This document shows positions 7,467 to 11,586 of a DNA stretch of 11,586 nt, one piece after another (position 1 is the first letter of the stretch; each line of letters opens with the position of its first letter). Both the position numbers and the translations under genes were made by a program. Source of the DNA: Promethearchaeota archaeon (GTDB lineage Archaea > Asgardarchaeota > Lokiarchaeia > Sigyniarchaeales > SOKP01); NCBI GenBank assembly GCA_048941015.1, contig JBHLNZ010000088.1, positions 1-11,586 on the forward strand. The letters run 5' to 3'. The notes beneath the pieces are model-generated. The model ran no database searches, was not told the DNA's origin, and saw only the letters and a list, made by a program, of their open reading frames with translations.

Positions 7467-9392
7467 TTGGTGAGTAGTTCTTTAAATTATATTTTAGATT
7501 ATTTAGGAGAACAAATTAAAGGAAAAGGATTTAGCTTAAAATTAAACTCAAATGTTTTTTTTGATATAATAGGAAAAGAGAGTGAAAAATTCCAACATTT
7601 TCAAAATCAAATTAAAATCGACTGGGAAACTTTCAAACTTCAAAATCAAAATAGAATTTTGAAAAAAACATATACAACCTTTTTTTATTTAAATTTTCAT
7701 AATTATTTCAAATATTTTATAAGCAATTTCTGCGGCTTTAATGAAAACTATTTAAACCTAATTATAAAAGAAAAAGTCTCTGATAATAATTTATTTTTAG
7801 AATATGATTATCTTTTATCAGAAAATGAAGAAAAAGATTTCAATGAATTTTCAAAGAGAGTGCGAGATAAACTTAATGGAATAACCACTCCTTCAGGATA
7901 TCTTTATTTAGTTGTTACGATTTTAGGAGTAATAATAAGAAAAATACTTCAAGAAGAATTTTACGTAATTCTTGATGCAGTTGCTATAAGAAATAGTGAA
8001 AATAACAATAAACTAAATTTTTTAATAGTAATTAAAAATAGTAAGGATGAAATTTTTGAAAATTACTATTTTATGTTTCTTTACTATTTTCTTCGACATT
8101 TTAAGGGTATACCAGAAGAATATTATCAAAAATTATTAAATGGAAGAGAAAAATTATATAAAACAGCATTAGACGAATATAATTTTGCTAAAGAACATTT
8201 AGTAGATTTATTATATTATTTTTATAAAAAATGCAATTTATTACAAAATTTTTCACCAATATTGGATTTCCTTAATTTCGTCTGTTCACGAGTAGAAGAT
8301 TCAATATATTCAAAATTTGATATTATAAAAAAAGAATTTTTAGATAATTTTAATTATTCAGAAGAAAAGAAAAACGCATTGGTTAGAATTTTTGAGTTCT
8401 TAGATAAAAAATCCACTTTATATTCAACTTTTCAAGCGAATAACTTACCATCACCAAAAGCACAATTCAATTTATTTTTATTATACACAAAATATTATTT
8501 CGGCAGCGGAAGTTTAGAAGCATTTGAAGTAGGGGATTTATTGTTTTTACCAAATAAATTCAAAACTAAATTAAATCAAGTTAACAAACGACTGGAAAAT
8601 AAAATTAATGCAAATTCTATAAAGCAATTACAATACTTTTTAGATGAATTCTCAATTGTATCAAATTTGAGTAATCCTAATATAATTTTTGAAAAAATAT
8701 TCGGCAAAAGTGTCTCCCAGATCAATTATAACTTCTTTAAAACATTCTTAAGGAGTTTAAATTTAAATTTTTCAGTGTTCATTGAAAAAGAAAGTAATAA
8801 TCTCGCAGAAAATTCTGAAAGTACACCACTTACTTTCAATATTATTATTGATCATATATGCCGAATGTTATATACTTTAATTGATAAAATTTTTATTAGA
8901 TCTGATCCAAGCCATGCTTCGAATAACTTTATTGATCCAAGAAGTAGATATGTTGGAAAAAACATAGCTTTGAGAGTGTTGGAATTATTTATTTTTCAAG
9001 ATTTAAATGTATCCGATGATGTATGGCCTGATTATATAATAAGTATGAATAGAGAAAATTTAATTCATGATCTTAAATCCTTCAATATTGATATCCCTAA
9101 AAAGTATTTCTATGGATTTGAAGATATAGCAAGGTTTGTAATTACATATAATTTCCAATCGTATTCTGATAAATTATTATTCGAAGAATGGCTAATTGAT
9201 GAATTAATTATCCCTTTAAATGAATTTATCATAAAAGTTAAGTCTCTCATCAAAAATCCGAAAAATAAGGATGAGATTTATGAAAAACTAAGTACTTATA
9301 TATTAAAAAAATCTGAATTAGAAGATAAAGAATTAAAGAAAAGCTTTAAATTCGTTTGTGAACAACTTGCTTCATTCTGGGAAATATCCTAA
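7467..9392 (+). CDS. Large hypothetical protein (641 aa), mostly alpha-helical, unknown function
   Basis: 1926-nt open frame in very AT-rich DNA; TTG (or the adjacent GTG) start preceded by a GGGGA SD-like motif. No motif confidently recognised. Confidence 0.85.
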   Translation: MVSSSLNYILDYLGEQIKGKGFSLKLNSNVFFDIIGKESEKFQHFQNQIKIDWETFKLQNQNRILKKTYTTFFYLNFHNYFKYFISNFCGFNENYLNLIIKEKVSDNNLFLEYDYLLSENEEKDFNEFSKRVRDKLNGITTPSGYLYLVVTILGVIIRKILQEEFYVILDAVAIRNSENNNKLNFLIVIKNSKDEIFENYYFMFLYYFLRHFKGIPEEYYQKLLNGREKLYKTALDEYNFAKEHLVDLLYYFYKKCNLLQNFSPILDFLNFVCSRVEDSIYSKFDIIKKEFLDNFNYSEEKKNALVRIFEFLDKKSTLYSTFQANNLPSPKAQFNLFLLYTKYYFGSGSLEAFEVGDLLFLPNKFKTKLNQVNKRLENKINANSIKQLQYFLDEFSIVSNLSNPNIIFEKIFGKSVSQINYNFFKTFLRSLNLNFSVFIEKESNNLAENSESTPLTFNIIIDHICRMLYTLIDKIFIRSDPSHASNNFIDPRSRYVGKNIALRVLELFIFQDLNVSDDVWPDYIISMNRENLIHDLKSFNIDIPKKYFYGFEDIARFVITYNFQSYSDKLLFEEWLIDELIIPLNEFIIKVKSLIKNPKNKDEIYEKLSTYILKKSELEDKELKKSFKFVCEQLASFWEIS

Positions 9393-9394
9393 GT

Positions 9395-9898
9395 TTAATT
9401 TATTTCGAAGATCTCTAAAAATGTATCAAATTCTTTGCTGATATCAACAATAGGTATATTTATATTTCCCTTTATATTGTTCATTTGATTAACAATTAAA
9501 CCTGATATCATTTTTACTTTAGAAGTCAATTGTTTTTCAATCTCGGAATAGTCTTTCACACATAATACTGCGGGATAAGATAAGGTTCTAAAACCTTCCG
9601 TAAATATTAAGTCGAATTTTAAAGGCCCCTTTTCAATCCAATTAATTAAATCTTCAAATGTTATCTTACTCTTAAAATAAACACCATACTCTTCGAACTT
9701 ATTTTTTATAATGGAATATTTCGCTCCTGATTGAGAAAATAAATAAGAATCCTTTCCCTTTTCATCTATTCCATGTTGATGGACATTTTTTATTACAGCA
9801 ACTTTTAAATTTAATCTCTGTTTTAACTTCTTGACTGCAGTCGTAATAAAATAAGTTTTTCCACTACCAGAATAACCAAATAAACTTAGGATTTTCAA
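9395..9898 (-). CDS. mobB: Molybdopterin-guanine dinucleotide biosynthesis adapter protein MobB
   Basis: N-terminal Walker A (LFGYSGSGKT), VAVIKNVHQH, DEKGKDS, DLIFTEGF; 167 aa; TTG start with a tgtga SD-like motif upstream. Confidence 0.9.
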   Translation of the reverse strand: MKILSLFGYSGSGKTYFITTAVKKLKQRLNLKVAVIKNVHQHGIDEKGKDSYLFSQSGAKYSIIKNKFEEYGVYFKSKITFEDLINWIEKGPLKFDLIFTEGFRTLSYPAVLCVKDYSEIEKQLTSKVKMISGLIVNQMNNIKGNINIPIVDISKEFDTFLEIFEIN

Positions 9899-9942
9899 AA
9901 GTAATCACATTAGCAAATAACTATTCTTTTAAATATTAAAAA

Positions 9943-10039
9943 TCTAATATAAATTTCTGGTATAATTAAAAAGACTATCTCTTTTTTCAAATAAAATTGT
10001 TTAATATAAATAAAACCATATAAACAAGAAATTTATTAT
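9943..10039. promoter_or_regulatory. Back-to-back BRE/TATA promoters for mobB (minus) and the PIN-TPR gene (plus)
   Basis: The minus strand has cagaaaTTTATATT (about 9946-9959) and the plus strand has aagaaaTTTATTAT (10026-10039). Each lies about 50-60 nt upstream of its start codon, and the 10-mer agaaatttat is shared in inverted orientation. Confidence 0.55.
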
Positions 10040-10093
10040 ATAACCAAATTAAATATTGTTATAATTGATTACATCTAAATACGGAATATTATA

Positions 10094-11586
10094 ATGGAAT
10101 ATTTTATCTTTGATGCCAATTTTTTTATCATGCTATTTTCTGTAAAAGTACGTCATTCACTTGATAACTTAGGAAAGGTTGCAAAAGAATTAGGTTATAA
10201 GTATCATATTTCAGAAGTAGTTTTTGATGAAATAAAAGTAAATCCAACTTATAAAGAGAAACTTAAAGGTATAATAAATATTGAGAAAATTTTTAAATCT
10301 GAAATAGAAGTTGTTAAATCTGATCTAATCTCAATGTCAATAAAATTCCCAGCACAGGATCCTGATTTATCTCTTCTCGTTTTCGCTGATCGTCTACTTG
10401 ATAATGAGGAAAATGCTCCCATATATCTTGTTTCTGACGATTTTAAATTAATAAAAAATGCAAATCTTTTATTTAAAGGAAAGATCGAAACATTATCACT
10501 TTCTAGTTTTATATTAAAAATCCAAAGAACTATTTCTAATAAACAACTAAGAAATTACTTCAGTAATCTCTGGAAAAAAAGTTTGAATTACACACTGACT
10601 TATATGATTGAACGCTCAAAAATTTATCCTGCTGAAAGCAAAATAACATGGTTAATTGAGCGTGCTGTTTCTGTGACAGAGAACTCTATCTTAACTAAAG
10701 ATACACACTTTATTGGTAAAAAGGAAGAAAAAGTTAAGTTTGAAATCGGAGCGAGTAAATATGAAGAGGAAATTCAGATTGCTGAGAAATATATCGAAGA
10801 TAAAAAACTTTCCACTAGTGAGGAGAATAAATTAGTAGGTATTTTGAACTTCTTAGAAAATTTAAAGATTTCTCGGGAGTATTTAAAGAGAGCTAGAGAA
10901 GCAGTAGTAAAAAACGAATCAAAGGATGCTGCTTCTTATTTGAAAAAAGGTAATGGATTTTTAATCTCATTGCTTCAATTAGCTTCTGGGGAAATCAAAG
11001 ACTTAAAGCATTATGAAGTAATTGAGCAATTAATTTGTTCGGAAATTAGTAAAATGGAATTCTTAAGAGCATTTATTTTAGTTTCGTTAGGTAGGGTTAG
11101 TCCTGCGATCGATTCATTAGAAAGAGCTGCTCTTTTTTCAACAATAATCCATAACCATCACACCTGTTTAACTCTAAATTATGTTAAGGCTTTAATCCTA
11201 TTATTTCATGGATTATATAAAAATGCTTTAATGGCATATAATTTTACCGAAGAGCTTGCAGATATCTATAACGACGAAAAACTCAAACTTAAGTGTTTAA
11301 TTGGAAAAGCTATAGCGCTTTATATTGAAGGTGAAGAAAAATTAACAGCAATGGGCATTATGGATGAAATATCAAATTTAGATCTAGAAGAAAACTTTTT
11401 AGATGCTATAATTGTTTTTAGTGAACTTGGAGATTACTTCTTAGCTCTTGGTCATTCACAAATAGCAACAAACCTATATAATGAAGCATTAGAAATTAGT
11501 ATAGATTACAAGTTAAAAATTAGAAGTGATATTTTAATCGAAAAATTAAAAAGAGCTTATATAGCGACAGTATTAAATGGCTATTC
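10094..11586 (+). CDS. PIN-domain ribonuclease fused to TPR-like repeats (3'-truncated by the window edge; at least 497 aa)
   Basis: Absent from the ORF track because there is no stop in the window. Manual translation is open from ATG 10094 to the end: MEYFIFDANFFI...HISEVVFDEI...AQDPDLSLLVFA...IYLVSDDFKL, giving PIN acidic residues D7, E46, D91 and D115/D116. Four helical-hairpin repeats follow (RAFILVSLG, KALILLFHG, KAIALYIEG, LGDYFLALG) at exactly 40-aa spacing. Confidence 0.85.
   Translation, partial: MEYFIFDANFFIMLFSVKVRHSLDNLGKVAKELGYKYHISEVVFDEIKVNPTYKEKLKGIINIEKIFKSEIEVVKSDLISMSIKFPAQDPDLSLLVFADRLLDNEENAPIYLVSDDFKLIKNANLLFKGKIETLSLSSFILKIQRTISNKQLRNYFSNLWKKSLNYTLTYMIERSKIYPAESKITWLIERAVSVTENSILTKDTHFIGKKEEKVKFEIGASKYEEEIQIAEKYIEDKKLSTSEENKLVGILNFLENLKISREYLKRAREAVVKNESKDAASYLKKGNGFLISLLQLASGEIKDLKHYEVIEQLICSEISKMEFLRAFILVSLGRVSPAIDSLERAALFSTIIHNHHTCLTLNYVKALILLFHGLYKNALMAYNFTEELADIYNDEKLKLKCLIGKAIALYIEGEEKLTAMGIMDEISNLDLEENFLDAIIVFSELGDYFLALGHSQIATNLYNEALEISIDYKLKIRSDILIEKLKRAYIATVLNGY

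Noticed and set aside
9386-9892. 12-bp perfect inverted repeat atcctaagttta (9386-9397)/taaacttaggat (9881-9892) bracketing mobB
   Set aside because: Both copies lie in coding sequence, no recombinase or transposase is nearby, and distant 12-mer IRs are expected by chance in DNA this AT-rich.
1-11586. CRISPR array, rRNA or IS element
   Set aside because: No regularly spaced direct repeats, no GC-rich structural RNA segment and no transposase/integrase ORF were seen.

Overview
AT-rich archaeal chromosomal window, most consistent with an Asgard (Lokiarchaeia-like) genome. This assignment is an inference from the archaeal-type CdhE, the BRE/TATA-like promoters, the oligo-T terminators, the very low GC and several lineage-specific hypothetical/TPR proteins. 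It holds about 10 mostly monocistronic genes in near-alternating orientation: a HAD phosphatase, an orphan corrinoid Fe-S protein large subunit (cdhE/acsC), an NDP-forming acyl-CoA synthetase alpha subunit, a small hypothetical, two integral membrane proteins, a PurM/HypE-superfamily ATP-binding protein that is not a true HypE or SelD, a 641-aa hypothetical, mobB, and a long ORF missing from the supplied track (10094 to the window end). That last ORF encodes an N-terminal PIN nuclease domain with an apparently intact catalytic tetrad, fused to TPR-like repeats with a 40-aa period. Several intergenic regions carry striking inverted-repeat structure (6110-6192, 7345-7407, 9943-10039). No rRNA, tRNA, CRISPR array or transposase was seen.
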